Part shown: positions 62,750 through 64,000 of the stretch, in pieces | How the letters are laid out: every line of letters starts with the position of its first letter | How positions within the stretch are numbered: position 1 is the first letter of the stretch | Source: Torpedo marmorata | Taxonomy: Eukaryota | DNA: 64,000 bases | Direction of reading: 5' to 3' | Assembly: GCA_977017645.1 (NCBI GenBank) | Contig: OZ360236.1 | Span: forward strand, 67,828,001-67,892,000 | The notes under the pieces: model-generated | Told to the model about the DNA's origin: nothing | The model's input: only the letters and a program-made list of their open reading frames with translations | The model's database searches: none | Program-made: the position numbers and the translations under genes

Positions 62750-64000
62750 TCTTTATTTTTATTATTTTATTTAAATTTTTAAATCACAAAATACCTGAAA
62801 TAAGATATAAAATTATCAAAATACATGTGATACATTTTCACCCCCCCACCCTCCCTCCCCTCCCCAACCCCCCAATCCCCACTAATCTAGTAAAAAATAA
62901 AAATTAAAGTAAAGTAAAATAAAAAATAAAAAAAAGAAAGAAAAGAATAGAATAAGGGGAATACCTTCTAAACTAATTCTATTATGGAGGTCAAATATGC
63001 CAGCAGATCTGATATCCAGAGATCTTCAAATCCTTAAACCCACGGCTCTCATATATGGGCTCCAAATTTTCAAGAAAAAATGATATTTATTACGTAAATT
63101 ATAAGTAATTTTTTCAAGTGGTATACACGAACGAAGTTCTGCATGCCATCTTTCTAATCCTAAATCTAAATCAGATTTCCAAGTAATAGCAATGCGTTTT
63201 TTTGAAACAGCTAAAGCAATTGGCAAAAATTCTACTTGATACATATTTAATTTCTTCTTAATGCTAAATTTTTTAAATATCTCCAAATAAAAATAACATA
63301 GGATCCATTGGAAATGTAATCTTAAATACTTTATCTAAAATTTTTTTAACTTTCAACCAAAAATCTTGAATTTTTGGACAAAACCATGTAGAATGAACAA
63401 AAGAACCTTCCTCTCTATTACATCTAAAACATAAGCCTGATAATGTCGGATTAAATTTCTTTAGTTTTTTAGGTGTTAAGTATAATTAATGAAAAAAATT
63501 ATATTGTACTAGTCTATATCTAACATTGATAATCTTCGTCATACTTAATTTACATAAATCTTTCCAATGATTTTCGTCTATATTTACATTTAAATCTAAT
63601 TCCCATTTTAATCTTGATTTATGCAATCCTATTTTAGGTATTTTCCTCTGAAACAATTTATACATTTGAGAAATGAATTTATTGACATCTCCATTAGTAA
63701 CTAATAATTCTAACTCATTTTGTCTCGGTAAAATCAAGGCATAACCTAATTTCTCAGTCAAAAAAGCTTTAACTTGATAATAAGCTAAAAATGTATTATC
63801 TGATATATTAAATTTATCTTTCATTCTTTGAAACGTAATAAATTTTCCAGCTTCAAAACAATCACTAATCTTCTTAATACCTTTTTGAAACCAAATTTTA
63901 AGTAACTGATTATTAACAGTAAATGATATAAGTCCATTTTGATATAATGGCGTATTTGAAGAAATCAATCCTTTTCCACCTATTTCTTTATCTGTCTTAC
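62750..64000 (-). mobile_element. L1 3' portion (L1-A/B group), continues past the window
   Basis: ORF2 C-terminus and 3' UTR homologous to L1-A and L1-B. Confidence 0.92.

Noticed and set aside
1-64000. CRISPR arrays, prokaryotic operons, intact tRNA genes
   Set aside because: The DNA is eukaryotic and repeat-rich; tandem repeats have no spacers, and the tRNA-like boxes belong to SINE heads.

Overview
Transposon-saturated vertebrate DNA, most likely from a cartilaginous fish (shark/ray), judging by its V-SINE, CR1, Rex1/Babar and Penelope-like repeats. The main structure is a three-level nest with recoverable target-site duplications: a full-length L1 (5556-20382) contains a complete Ty3/Gypsy LTR element (11353-20299), whose gag is in turn split by a second L1 (11688-16165). 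The window also holds the 3' half of a second Gypsy, two solo LTRs, several more L1s, Rex1 and CR1 fragments, SINEs, hAT and Harbinger remnants, and head-to-head first exons of NOP16 and HIGD2A whose remaining exons I could not find. Most interesting: (1) the Gypsy element has no recognisable tRNA primer-binding site. Its 22-nt leader is instead 14/14 complementary to the AATAAA-containing segment of its own LTR, and hairpins are conserved at the PPT and both LTR ends, suggesting self-priming. (2) The L1 inter-ORF spacer carries a covarying RNA structure. (3) A hAT-type MITE is built from an inverted SINE tail. (4) A 5S-derived SINE carries a Rex1-type tail. All calls were made by eye, with no database searches; boundaries of degraded repeats are approximate.
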